Below, piece after piece: positions 50,522 to 60,236 of a stretch of 64,000 bases of DNA (position 1 is the first letter of the stretch; the number at the start of each line of letters is the position of its first letter). The stretch is taken from IMG/VR virus record IMGVR_UViG_3300034157_000063; one strand, written 5' to 3'. The position numbers were made by a program, and so were the translations under genes. The stretch is from a virus. Its lineage: Duplodnaviria; Heunggongvirae; Uroviricota; Caudoviricetes. The notes beneath the pieces were generated by a model that saw nothing but the letters and a program-made list of their open reading frames with translations, was not told the DNA's origin and made no database searches.

Positions 50522-51283
50522 ATGGATTACGAGACTATTGGCGAAATAAAATACTTTTTATCTGATAAGGAAACTCTTATTCGGGATGGTTTTGATCAAA
50601 AAAATGAACTTAAACGTCTTGAAAAATATATCATGAGAAGCAAAAATAGTTTTATGATTGCGGATAGTCAATTAGACTTGTTAATTGCATTAGGATTCGT
50701 TCGTGTAGATGGATATCAGCCTTCTGAAACATTAACGTCATTCATGGAAAACTTTCAATTGTTATCAAATGCTGATTTTAGTTATGTGAGAACTCGAAAG
50801 AATAAAACAGTTGAATTATTTTTTAAAAATTTTGAAATGCCATCTGATGGGCATGATTTCTATTATGTAAGCATGAAATCTTTTCAAGATAATCCTTTAA
50901 CATTAGGCAACGGAAAACAAAACTTTTTTTATTCCTATGATGAAATTTATAATGCCGAACCTAATTATCTATTCAAATATGTTGATGATTTTATAGAAAA
51001 GACAAATATGTTACCTTATTATAATTCTTATGCTCGAATTACAAAAACGTATTACCCTAACAATCCAGATAAAGAATTTGAATTCTACTTGTCTATGGTC
51101 GCTTTTAACAGTCAAAAAACCGCTACTATATTGGATTACACGTTATATGGGAAAACAATTTCATTCTATAATATTAAAAAATTACTTCCCGATTTAGAAT
51201 ACACTATGGATTCATTAAGTAAACGCAAAACAGTTATTGATGAAGGACATATTGAATTACTTAAAATTATTCGTTATTCATAG
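50522..51283 (+). CDS. Hypothetical protein, MxxI-tail variant
   Basis: AGGAGG SD; ends HIELLKIIRYS. Confidence 0.8.
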   Translation: MDYETIGEIKYFLSDKETLIRDGFDQKNELKRLEKYIMRSKNSFMIADSQLDLLIALGFVRVDGYQPSETLTSFMENFQLLSNADFSYVRTRKNKTVELFFKNFEMPSDGHDFYYVSMKSFQDNPLTLGNGKQNFFYSYDEIYNAEPNYLFKYVDDFIEKTNMLPYYNSYARITKTYYPNNPDKEFEFYLSMVAFNSQKTATILDYTLYGKTISFYNIKKLLPDLEYTMDSLSKRKTVIDEGHIELLKIIRYS

Positions 51284-52164
51284 AGTTTTTTAATCTCTGC
51301 TAACTTGGTAATTTTATTATCTTCTCTGATTATATAACTATCGTTGGTGTTAAGTGGTTCCTTGTAGTTTCTATTCCATTTGTTTGTTGATTTAAAATGT
51401 TCTTTTAGTTTATCTACATAGGGATCAAATTTATTAACTTGTCGCAATTGAAACATATTGAGAGTTTCTTTGTAACCAGCGTTGTGTTTATCTTCCAATA
51501 ACACTGACACTCTTGAATTCGCTAATTTACTATGATCTAACTCGTTATTTGAAAAGAAATTATAAATACCAAGCCCACGTCCCATTGAAATATAATTAGG
51601 ATTATGAATAATGTTGTCTTCTAGAAAGGCCATTATCATAAGAGTGTACGGGACTCTTAATCTATAGTTATTGTCTTGTTTTCCATTAAAATGATTCAAT
51701 AATGACCTATCGAATGTATTACTGAGTAAAGTCTTCTCGTGTTGCGAACTGTCATGGAAATGTACTATCATTGAGGCTTCTCTGGTTAAAATAGATAGCT
51801 TGTCATTTTCCAGATCTTCTTTCTCTATATTGTAAACAGGGTATTTATAAGAAGTCTTAGATAATTTATATTTTATTTTATCTTCGAGTTCTTCAGGTTG
51901 GAATATTGTATTAACGATAGAAAAGGGCACATCCGTTTCAATGGCTTGCATGATTATATTCAGATAGATTATTTTTATTTTTTCTATACAGCCATAAAAC
52001 GCAGTAGCCGAACGACATTCTTCCCAGTTGAGTATAAGGGGTTGTTTAGTGTCACTGTTTCCAATATAAATATCAGTTGATGAATAGGATAACTTTTTGT
52101 TTTTACTAAAATAGCCAATACTGTTGTTGTATTGATTGATTTCCCTTAATAACATTTGGCTCAT
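51274..52164 (-). CDS. Hypothetical protein, possibly a degenerate VirD4/TraG/IcmO-like fold
   Basis: IYIGNSDTKQPLIL and ISMGRGLGI resemble coupling-protein segments, but there is no Walker A; start 52164 after AAGGAG. Confidence 0.45.
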   Translation of the reverse strand: MSQMLLREINQYNNSIGYFSKNKKLSYSSTDIYIGNSDTKQPLILNWEECRSATAFYGCIEKIKIIYLNIIMQAIETDVPFSIVNTIFQPEELEDKIKYKLSKTSYKYPVYNIEKEDLENDKLSILTREASMIVHFHDSSQHEKTLLSNTFDRSLLNHFNGKQDNNYRLRVPYTLMIMAFLEDNIIHNPNYISMGRGLGIYNFFSNNELDHSKLANSRVSVLLEDKHNAGYKETLNMFQLRQVNKFDPYVDKLKEHFKSTNKWNRNYKEPLNTNDSYIIREDNKITKLAEIKKLYE

Positions 52165-52283
52165 GATAAACTCCTTTTTAAATATCACTATTTTTACATT
52201 GATTTTTAATTAGTCAATTAAAACGATTGTCATTTTGGCGGAAATTTGATATAATTAGGCATATTTAATTATGAGGACATTTT

Positions 52284-53060
52284 ATGTCGATGACAGAAGC
52301 TGAACGTAAAGACTATATCCAACAAGAAATTTGCTCAGTAGCCACTGCTGGTATTGATATTGAACCCGAAGATAACTATACGCAACACAACATTGTCTAT
52401 TGCTTGAAACATAAATATTTAACATCGAAAGAATACTGGCTCAGTCATACTGATGATATGGCTCATCGTGGTATTCGTATTCATAAATCTAAAACCCAAC
52501 CATGCCCACGTCGAAATTTCGATGATCTTTTTACTTCTGTGAATAAGTTTAATGACTCACAAGCTCGCTATATTGCAAAGACAGTGGCTTACTTGATTGA
52601 ATGTATTACACCATCAGAACAAGACATTGCTGATACTATTCTGGCTCATTATGCAGGGCAGCATAAACAATATTGTTTTAATTATTATACATCAGTCTCG
52701 CATCTAGAATCTTTTTATGTCATTGACGACTATGTTAAGTTTCCAGATGAGGGCTTGTGTGAGCATATGAAAATTCACTTCAACTCTTATCGTGATGACT
52801 TTCACATTCATCGAAACATTCATTTCTATGTGATTGGGACAGACTTAATTTGCTCAGCCAGTATGAAAGGCACTAATTATGTGGTGGTTGATCGTAATCA
52901 AGACCATAGGGTGTTGGCCTGTAAGATTCTTGAATCCATACTTGAACCTTTGCTTAAAGGATTGGATTATAATCATGAAGATATTACGCCAGCTAATGTT
53001 AAAGAGTTCTTCAGTAAAATTGTTGAATTTAAACAATTGACTGAAATGGTTGATATTTGA
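52284..53060 (+). CDS. Hypothetical protein, MxxI-tail family
   Basis: Ends LTEMVDI. Confidence 0.8.
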   Translation: MSMTEAERKDYIQQEICSVATAGIDIEPEDNYTQHNIVYCLKHKYLTSKEYWLSHTDDMAHRGIRIHKSKTQPCPRRNFDDLFTSVNKFNDSQARYIAKTVAYLIECITPSEQDIADTILAHYAGQHKQYCFNYYTSVSHLESFYVIDDYVKFPDEGLCEHMKIHFNSYRDDFHIHRNIHFYVIGTDLICSASMKGTNYVVVDRNQDHRVLACKILESILEPLLKGLDYNHEDITPANVKEFFSKIVEFKQLTEMVDI

Positions 53061-53104
53061 TCATGAATATCAAGCCATTCAGTAAAAAGAATAGGATGTT
53101 TTAA

Positions 53105-53950
53105 ATGCATTTAAATGAAAAATCAAAATTAGATGATGTTTTAAAGGTTCTCAAAAATGACCTCGGCGGGGATGATGTCGATGATGGTTATATCTATTCA
53201 CAAGCTTTATTAAAAAAGCTAACTTACGCTAATGAGCCATTAGAAATCAGATTTATTGATATTACAGGACTTGGGTTTTATTCACTGACAATGGCTGGTG
53301 CAAGTGTTGAGAATATGTTTAGTGGTTTGATGGCATTACATTGTAATTATAGTATTAATTTTGACTACTTTAATAAGGTAATGCGGGCTATCTCTGATGT
53401 GGCTTCTAAGGCTTACGTTATCAAGAAACCTTTTAAAGAAATCAATTTAACGGGATTGAATTGGCAAGACGCTTACATTCGTTATACCCGAACTGACAAT
53501 CAATCTCATCGTCACTCTTTTAATATTAATGGTGCTCATACCATTTTTAACAATAATAAAGTTTCTTATGACGTTGAACCTAGCTTGATGTACGAATCCA
53601 GTACGTTCAATGGTTGTATCGGTTATTTTGATGCTGGTAATCGAGACAATTCGTGCTCTGGTTTTGTTATGAGAATGCAGTGTTCTTGTCGATCTCTTAC
53701 TGACCACTCTTTTGCCAACTATTCATTTTTTGTTTCATTAGATGAAAATAATCCATTTATTTTAATGGAAGATGGAAAGATTGTAACAGAAGAACGTTTT
53801 AAATTTTACGTTGAACAACACTTATATAAGTTTCTTTATAGAACTTTTATTTCGACGGGTGTTGGGACAGATACTATCAATGAATTGAAAGCATTCACCA
53901 AAACTGAAATGCAAGACATTGTTAAAATACATGAGATGGTAAAAATGTAG
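53105..53950 (+). CDS. Hypothetical protein, MxxI-tail family
   Basis: Ends IHEMVKM. Confidence 0.8.
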   Translation: MHLNEKSKLDDVLKVLKNDLGGDDVDDGYIYSQALLKKLTYANEPLEIRFIDITGLGFYSLTMAGASVENMFSGLMALHCNYSINFDYFNKVMRAISDVASKAYVIKKPFKEINLTGLNWQDAYIRYTRTDNQSHRHSFNINGAHTIFNNNKVSYDVEPSLMYESSTFNGCIGYFDAGNRDNSCSGFVMRMQCSCRSLTDHSFANYSFFVSLDENNPFILMEDGKIVTEERFKFYVEQHLYKFLYRTFISTGVGTDTINELKAFTKTEMQDIVKIHEMVKM

Positions 53951-53956
53951 CAGGCA

Positions 53957-53988
53957 CAAAAAAAGGACTCGAAAGTCCTTTTTTTTTT
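53957..53988. terminator. Bidirectional terminator
   Basis: AAAAAAAGGACT-cgaa-AGTCCTTTTTTT. Confidence 0.85.
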
Positions 53989-53993
53989 CTTTG

Positions 53994-54335
53994 TTATTGG
54001 TTGATTTCATTTCGTTCCAAGAGTGTCCAAAAAGTTGTCTCACCGACTTTAACTTCACGGACAAGCCAATCTTCAGAACCAATAGCATTCTTTGTCCAAT
54101 ATTCTTTAACATTGACTTTATCAGTCAGTGATAGACGCAGTGTAGTATAAGGTTCTTTCATGATGCTATTGGTATACCAAGGCGTTTTGTATTGAGCCGA
54201 AGTGATCTCTTGAAACGATATAAAGTCCTTAATGGCTATAATAGACGTAAAGATCAATAGGGCTACACCGATAAGAGTAAGTGTATTTTTAAATTCAGTT
54301 TTAAAACTCATAGCAACACTTTCATTCGCAGTCAT
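53994..54335 (-). CDS. Single-TM hypothetical protein
   Basis: N-terminal TM segment; GGAG SD. Confidence 0.75.
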   Translation of the reverse strand: MTANESVAMSFKTEFKNTLTLIGVALLIFTSIIAIKDFISFQEITSAQYKTPWYTNSIMKEPYTTLRLSLTDKVNVKEYWTKNAIGSEDWLVREVKVGETTFWTLLERNEINQ

Positions 54336-54493
54336 AAAAAAATCTCCATGTCATTTAATTAACATTATTATATCAAAAAATCAGTCTATAATCAATCATT
54401 ACATGGCTTTAAATGGTCTTTTTTATTTCTATTTTTCATTGACTAAATGTTGAAAATTTGCTATCATTTATTAATATTTATAGGAGTTATACA

Positions 54494-56071
54494 ATGTCCA
54501 ATATTTCAACCGAAGAGTGTAAAGATTTCCTTATCTCAAAATTTCCACACAGTAAACGTGCTCTTTGGAAACGTGAACGAAAATATAAAAATGACGCGGG
54601 TGATTGGTGTCGTGATTTTAGCAACCCCGATGTCGGTAATGTTTCACTGGTTGAAGTTAATGGCGTATTAGGCTTCTTTAAAAAGGCGGCAGCAACTACG
54701 TCCACCAGCACAACACAAACACAACAGTCAGCACCTGCACCTAAAATTGAATTAGGCACCCATGATATCTTTGTCAAAACATTTAGTAAAGATGACGTTG
54801 AACTGGCTAGTGATCTGGTTGATCATTTTGTCAGCACTTATAATGAACCTCGTTCGACGGCGAAAGGTTTCTTTGCAATACCTTCACAATTTACTTATTC
54901 CTTCACTGATATGGAGAATGATGAATCAGGCCGTATGTCCAGAGCTAATCGTAATTTGGATATCAATGCGAAGTTTGAAACATTTAGTCTCTATTTAACG
55001 CCAATTGAGCATGATGATTACGATCAACATTTGCAACCACTATTGCAACAATTTTTCCCACGTAACTCTGGTGAAGAAATGGAATGTGTGTTTGGTTTTT
55101 ATTATGACAACCCTATATCCATTAAAGATTTCGTGATCATGATGGCGAAACAAGGGTTTAAATATGAATTTGACCGTGATGATCGTTATGATGACCGTTG
55201 CTTGTTTAAAGACGTAATGAGAACTTTTAATTTTGTTGAAGGTCAGACGATTGAAGAAGCTTTCAAACCAGTTGTCTCATCGACATCAACTCAGTCAACA
55301 AAGGAGCAAGATAGTGTTTCGGTAGCCAAACCGAAGTTGGTAACGACAATTGATTTGTTCTGTAACATTGTTAAAGATGACAATGCGGTTGCTCTGGAAG
55401 AAGCTATTGCTGATGGGCTTGATTTGTGTTTTATGATTAACCGTATTTCAATGCACTCTTATTGCTTGAATAATGATTTACATGAATGCTTTAAAGTGTT
55501 GGTTCAACATACTCCTAATTTGGCTGTTGGTCACAATGGAGAGGCGAATACTGTATGGCGTGATGCTATTTTGTTTAATGATGAGAGTTCATTCAATTAC
55601 ATTCAATACCTTCTTGAACATGCAAACTATGACTTCACAAAAGAAAGTTACCTTGCAAACGCAGCATGTGTCTATTTCCTTCATTCAGTTGATAAGCTTG
55701 AAGAGAAATTTGATAAACTTAATGAAATGTATGCAGCCTGTATTTGTTATGCTAACGCTATTTCAAATGAAGATTTCTATAACAGTGATTTTGTCAAAAC
55801 ACAAGTGAGAAAAGCGTTATTTGATTATGCTGACTTCTCTAATGCTGATATGAACGTTGCGATTGCACTGACGAATGATGTTATTATTTCAGAAGTCTTA
55901 GATGTCATGATTGAGAAAGGTGATGTCTGTATTGCTGGTAAGACGCTTCGTGTCTACTTGACAATGGTTGTTGACCGCTTCAAACATGGTTTCTGGGGTT
56001 ATGATGAAATCGAACGTAAAGACAATATTGTTTATTATGAAAATGCATTGAAAAAAATTGCGGGACTTTAA
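54494..56071 (+). CDS. Multi-domain hypothetical protein with S/T-rich linkers and a helical-repeat (ankyrin-like?) C-half
   Basis: ATG 54494 after AGGAG; AATTSTSTTQTQQSAPAP and SSTSTQST linkers. Confidence 0.75.
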   Translation: MSNISTEECKDFLISKFPHSKRALWKRERKYKNDAGDWCRDFSNPDVGNVSLVEVNGVLGFFKKAAATTSTSTTQTQQSAPAPKIELGTHDIFVKTFSKDDVELASDLVDHFVSTYNEPRSTAKGFFAIPSQFTYSFTDMENDESGRMSRANRNLDINAKFETFSLYLTPIEHDDYDQHLQPLLQQFFPRNSGEEMECVFGFYYDNPISIKDFVIMMAKQGFKYEFDRDDRYDDRCLFKDVMRTFNFVEGQTIEEAFKPVVSSTSTQSTKEQDSVSVAKPKLVTTIDLFCNIVKDDNAVALEEAIADGLDLCFMINRISMHSYCLNNDLHECFKVLVQHTPNLAVGHNGEANTVWRDAILFNDESSFNYIQYLLEHANYDFTKESYLANAACVYFLHSVDKLEEKFDKLNEMYAACICYANAISNEDFYNSDFVKTQVRKALFDYADFSNADMNVAIALTNDVIISEVLDVMIEKGDVCIAGKTLRVYLTMVVDRFKHGFWGYDEIERKDNIVYYENALKKIAGL

Positions 56072-56080
56072 CTATTACAT

Positions 56081-56102
56081 TAACCCACTTCGGTGGGTTT
56101 TA
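56081..56102 (+). terminator. Intrinsic terminator
   Basis: AACCCAC-ttcg-GTGGGTTTT. Confidence 0.85.
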
Positions 56103-56170
56103 TATTAAAAAAATGGAGTATAGAAATGACTGTCATTTGAAAATGCAGTTATTTCATAAACAACTTATCG

Positions 56171-56199
56171 TTGATTGTGGTATTAAAATATGCTATAAT
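56171..56199 (+). promoter_or_regulatory. Sigma70-type promoter
   Basis: TTGATT-17 nt-TATAAT with TG extension. Confidence 0.75.
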
Positions 56200-56230
56200 T
56201 AACCAAATTTTAACCCTTTAAGGTAAATAA

Positions 56231-57133
56231 ATGACTCATTTAAAAGAATTGTACCCAACCATTGACCCCAAGTATCAGATTGTTTATAAAAATGAACGTT
56301 CATTATTGGGTAAATCAGAAGATCTGCACTATTTGATTAATAAAGCTGATAATGCCGTTGTTGTGATGGACAGCAATAAACATCCTAACCATATGGGGAT
56401 TTTTGTTTTCAGAGATAATCTCTTGGTTAACAGTTTTAATGTGAAGCACCTTTTTATTAGTCAGCATACTAGCTATACCCCAGAAGGCATTGAACAAGAG
56501 CGTTGGAAAATGTATGTTGAATTTCTCGAACCTTATTATTCAAATGATTGTGCTATCCAGTTAGGCACTGTTATTAATGATCAAGTGAATCATTTTATGA
56601 AAAGCGTAGCATATTATAAAGTGCATATTAATTTTGTCCAAGAACATGGTCAACAAGTTTTAAATAATATTGAAATTGAAGATAAAGTCTATAATTTTAA
56701 GTATAAAGCCATTGTTCGTGATGGACTTGTTTACTTTACAATGATGTTTAACGACGACCCAGACCAAGAAGAATTTGTTAAAGGTAAGTTTAATCTGCAG
56801 GACTATACGCATTATGAGTCAGCCGGTGGTTATGTGATTGATTCTTTTGCAGGTGACTGGTTTATTGCTGAGACACACTATGATCCTTATTTGAAGCTTT
56901 ATCAATACAAAACTGTTCGTTATGAGGATTCAAAAGTACTAAAAGACAGCGACCTACTGAAAGACTATCAGGAGTATGATGTTAACTTTATTTTCAATTT
57001 TATCTATGATAGTGTGATTATTCATCATCCAAAACACAGTTTTATTGAAAAGCTAGTTGAATTGTCTATTTTGAGTGATGGTGAAAAATTGACCCATGAA
57101 CACATGAATATTTATGCTATGGCAACCATTTAG
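56231..57133 (+). CDS. Hypothetical protein, MxxI-tail family
   Basis: Ends IYAMATI. Confidence 0.8.
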   Translation: MTHLKELYPTIDPKYQIVYKNERSLLGKSEDLHYLINKADNAVVVMDSNKHPNHMGIFVFRDNLLVNSFNVKHLFISQHTSYTPEGIEQERWKMYVEFLEPYYSNDCAIQLGTVINDQVNHFMKSVAYYKVHINFVQEHGQQVLNNIEIEDKVYNFKYKAIVRDGLVYFTMMFNDDPDQEEFVKGKFNLQDYTHYESAGGYVIDSFAGDWFIAETHYDPYLKLYQYKTVRYEDSKVLKDSDLLKDYQEYDVNFIFNFIYDSVIIHHPKHSFIEKLVELSILSDGEKLTHEHMNIYAMATI

Positions 57134-57160
57134 GTTGCTTTTTTACACAAATTTTAGGTA

Positions 57161-57190
57161 TAAAAAAAGCCACATCTCTGTGGCTTATTT
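57161..57190 (-). terminator. Terminator between convergent genes
   Basis: AAGCCACA-tctc-TGTGGCTT with an A-tract on the + strand. Confidence 0.75.
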
Positions 57191-57796
57191 GTATTGTGTG
57201 TTACGGTGTCTTTTCCAATTTCTGATACGCCAGTCGCTTCTTCCTTCGTCATCCCATGCAGTAGTGATAACACCTTTTGGTCTGCGATTTTTGACGTTGA
57301 ATTCAATTTCATCTTCATCAACTTCGCTGGTAGCATCTTTAAGCAAGGAAAGCGTTTGTGGTTTTCTGCGATAGCGGTAACGTCCGCGTTTCCCAGTATG
57401 AGGCACAGCACCTTCACCATTCCAAAACTGTTTACCGTAACCGATGTAAGTTTTTTCTTTCTTTTCTTTGAAAACAAACTCAGCAAAGTCAAGCACAGAA
57501 AGCTGTTCGTTGTATTCATTTTTGAGGATGAAATCACCGTATACTTTCATTTCGCCATAACGGTTAAGCTTTTTGTAAAGCTCACCGTAAGTTTGTCCCA
57601 ATCCTTCGTGTTTCTTTTTGGCAAAGCGACGGTTGGCATAACCATCCCAAATTTTGTCACGATCAGGGGACGCAAGTTCCACTGCTAACGAGTAGACAAT
57701 GAAGTTGTATCCCAACTTGTTAAATGCTTCTGCCTTATTTTGGTAGGTATTAACGATACCTTCCTTGTTGATAAGGTAAATAACTTCTGTTTTCAT
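57185..57796 (-). CDS. Basic protein with C-terminal WDD...RNWKxxRxxQY motif (putative RNA/ribosome-binding)
   Basis: GAVPHTGKRGRYRYRRKPQT and TAWDDEGRSDWRIRNWKRHRNTQYK; AGGAG SD. Confidence 0.8.
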   Translation of the reverse strand: MKTEVIYLINKEGIVNTYQNKAEAFNKLGYNFIVYSLAVELASPDRDKIWDGYANRRFAKKKHEGLGQTYGELYKKLNRYGEMKVYGDFILKNEYNEQLSVLDFAEFVFKEKKEKTYIGYGKQFWNGEGAVPHTGKRGRYRYRRKPQTLSLLKDATSEVDEDEIEFNVKNRRPKGVITTAWDDEGRSDWRIRNWKRHRNTQYK

Positions 57797-57817
57797 AAAG
57801 ACTCCTATTAAGTTTCC

Positions 57818-57862
57818 TTAATATTTGTCTACGATCACCTTTAATTCGTATTTGAAAAACAT
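57818..57862 (-). CDS. Leader peptide MFFKYELKVIVDKY
   Basis: GAGG SD; its stop codon lies within a GAAA-capped hairpin that also covers the downstream SD. Confidence 0.7.
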   Translation of the reverse strand: MFFKYELKVIVDKY

Positions 57863-57889
57863 AATGTGCTTCCTCTTTAATATGTTGCC

Positions 57890-57918
57890 ATTATAACTGT
57901 TTTGATGATAACAATCAA
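57890..57918 (-). promoter_or_regulatory. Sigma70-type promoter of the leader/203-aa unit
   Basis: TTGATT-17 nt-TATAAT. Confidence 0.75.
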
Positions 57919-57983
57919 GCGTTTTCTTTACATAATATTTTTTTTTGGTATGATGTAAAAATTATATAAATTGGAGCCTTTAC

Positions 57984-58565
57984 ATGCACGCTACATCTTT
58001 AATTCGTCAAAGTATATTGTTATGCTTTGCAGCCGGACTGTCATTCACTGCTATGGCAGATACCCCATCTGATAATTTTAAGCCTGCTTACAATGTCCAA
58101 GGACTTGATACACAATTCATTGATATTCCCCCAGAGAAAAAAGTTACATCCATTGATATGAACCTTCTGGGTCTAAAGGATACTGTTGTTTCTTTTAGAG
58201 AACGTCATCAAGAAGATTTGTTTGAGGTTTTGTGTATCACTAAAAAGCCATTTTTCGGCAAGGCTCATCATAGTCTGGTGTGTGTTAACGAATTGAAAGA
58301 ACTGGGTGAAAAACACACCTTTGATGGTCAAAATTTTGGTAATTTCATGGATGAGCCGACTGTCATTAACGTTGAGCCGGGATTTAAAGTGACTAAAATT
58401 AACTTTGATGTGGATATTGGCAGTGAACCTACGTTTGAAGTCGATAGAATGTTAGACAGTGATTTCCCAGAAGTTTACACGTTGGTCAGAATTGACCCAC
58501 AAACTAATGCATGGAATGGCAGTCGTCAATTCGTTGTTAAAGAAGGTGCTAATCCAAAAGAGTAA
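57984..58565 (+). CDS. Exported protein with an internal two-fold repeat
   Basis: Signal peptide ending FTAMA; FIDIPPEKKVTSI / VINVEPGFKVTKI. Confidence 0.75.
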   Translation: MHATSLIRQSILLCFAAGLSFTAMADTPSDNFKPAYNVQGLDTQFIDIPPEKKVTSIDMNLLGLKDTVVSFRERHQEDLFEVLCITKKPFFGKAHHSLVCVNELKELGEKHTFDGQNFGNFMDEPTVINVEPGFKVTKINFDVDIGSEPTFEVDRMLDSDFPEVYTLVRIDPQTNAWNGSRQFVVKEGANPKE

Positions 58566-58567
58566 TG

Positions 58568-58596
58568 TTGATAATTAAGTAGTTGTATGCTATAAT
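58568..58596 (+). promoter_or_regulatory. Sigma70-type promoter
   Basis: TTGATA-17 nt-TATAAT with TG extension. Confidence 0.75.
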
Positions 58597-58620
58597 CTTT
58601 CAACTTTTGCGAGGTTAACT

Positions 58621-59493
58621 ATGCAACTACACGATTACTACAAAAAATATGGACAATCTTTCCTGACTGCGGATGAATTCCTTACGCACTGGGGCGAATC
58701 TGTTCAATTTAAATTAATGGACAATCGTGTCTGTGCCAGTCCACTTTACATTCGCAAGCTTGTCACTGACAAATTAAACTCTTTGTTTAAAATTGATTCA
58801 GTATCTGATGAAATTCATCACAAGATGATGACTGCTTATTTCGAAGCTTTGATTGAATTCAATATTATTCCTTTGGAGACTGAGTTTAAAGATAACTTAC
58901 ACTTTGATTCAGATAAAGTTCGTATTTTCCAGAAAGGATTCCTTAATTTCCGTAGACCAAAAACTTTAGCCTTTCCACATGAGTTTGAGACTCAACACTT
59001 GGTTGATCGGGTTATTTTTAATAATGCCATTTTCATTGATGATAAAAGTCAATACAACTTTTACACCATTATGTCTAATTACGGTAATGGTAATGTTGAT
59101 AATGAGTTCATGAAATTCTCTTATTACATTATTGATGGTGTTTTTCATTTTCAAGCCCCTAAATCAGCAGATAAAATGCAAGTGATTGTTTCTATGCCTG
59201 TTGATGAAATAAATGACCATTATGACCACTTCAAGCAGTTAATAAAGAAAAAATTGTTTACCACCTTTTATGAAAACATCAGTAAAATTGTTTTCAGACG
59301 AGTGTTAGACTTTGACACCTTTAATTCGAAACATTTAGCGGTTTTAATTATGTTGGGTGGTCAACCTATTCGAGAGTTGATGTCGTTTATGGAAGAAAAT
59401 GAGTACTTGAATGATATATTCTCGTTAAACGATGATGAGATCTATGAACTTTACAAAGTTTCTTTAACCACTTTTGAGATGATAAAAATATGA
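58621..59493 (+). CDS. Hypothetical protein, MxxI-tail family
   Basis: Ends TFEMIKI. Confidence 0.8.
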   Translation: MQLHDYYKKYGQSFLTADEFLTHWGESVQFKLMDNRVCASPLYIRKLVTDKLNSLFKIDSVSDEIHHKMMTAYFEALIEFNIIPLETEFKDNLHFDSDKVRIFQKGFLNFRRPKTLAFPHEFETQHLVDRVIFNNAIFIDDKSQYNFYTIMSNYGNGNVDNEFMKFSYYIIDGVFHFQAPKSADKMQVIVSMPVDEINDHYDHFKQLIKKKLFTTFYENISKIVFRRVLDFDTFNSKHLAVLIMLGGQPIRELMSFMEENEYLNDIFSLNDDEIYELYKVSLTTFEMIKI

Positions 59494-60236
59494 CTACAAT
59501 CACGTCGAGTGCCAAACATAAACTTGAACATGATATTTTGGCGGAATTTCCTGAATTTGCTAAGAAGATTGGCTTGAATGGTTATTCTTATATGAAGTTG
59601 AATGAAGATAAGGATATGTTTCATATGAATGACAAAGATAAAACTTATTTGTTCACACCTTCGTATAAACTTGATGAAGGCTTTGGTGATTTTGATGCCG
59701 GTCATCCTGTTGAATTTAAAATGGTAGCCACTCTGTTTAAAGACGACACATTGAAAATTAATAATATAGATTTCGAATTCCATGATAATGATGACCATCT
59801 ATTAAAACAATTAGTTCATTTGCATGACCTCACCAATTATTTAGCTAATTTTAAAGAATTGTCATCTTTTATTTTGGCTCGTTCTGATATTGTTGAGCAC
59901 TTGGCACCCACATTGAAATTTAATTTTGAGGGTGTCTTGATTGAGCTTGGGGGCGTTTTTAAATATTCTGAAAGTTATCTGCATGGACCTTCATCCGCAA
60001 GAAGCAGTAATCGTTATTATACCAATTCATTAAGTCTTTATAATGAGGATTATAATAGATTCTATAAGATTACGAACCCACAAGAAGCCCTGATATTTGC
60101 TAAAATGTCTTTTTTAAGTATTCATGATGAAAATATTCAAGAGTTATTTGACACAGAAGACTGGGAAGATTTGTATAATAAATTTAAAGACAATCCAGAA
60201 GCATTTTTAAGTTTATATGACATGACAAAAATTTAA
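59490..60236 (+). CDS. Hypothetical protein, MxxI-tail family
   Basis: ATGA overlap; ends LYDMTKI. Confidence 0.8.
   Translation: MTTITSSAKHKLEHDILAEFPEFAKKIGLNGYSYMKLNEDKDMFHMNDKDKTYLFTPSYKLDEGFGDFDAGHPVEFKMVATLFKDDTLKINNIDFEFHDNDDHLLKQLVHLHDLTNYLANFKELSSFILARSDIVEHLAPTLKFNFEGVLIELGGVFKYSESYLHGPSSARSSNRYYTNSLSLYNEDYNRFYKITNPQEALIFAKMSFLSIHDENIQELFDTEDWEDLYNKFKDNPEAFLSLYDMTKI

Noticed and set aside
4255-54493. Longest-ORF starts given in the track for several genes (4255, 6351, 10665, 12012, 21940, 32157, 33001, 33697, 35448, 42851, 46331, 52188, 54458)
   Set aside because: They overlap promoters, terminators or SD sequences; downstream ATGs with proper SD spacing were used instead.
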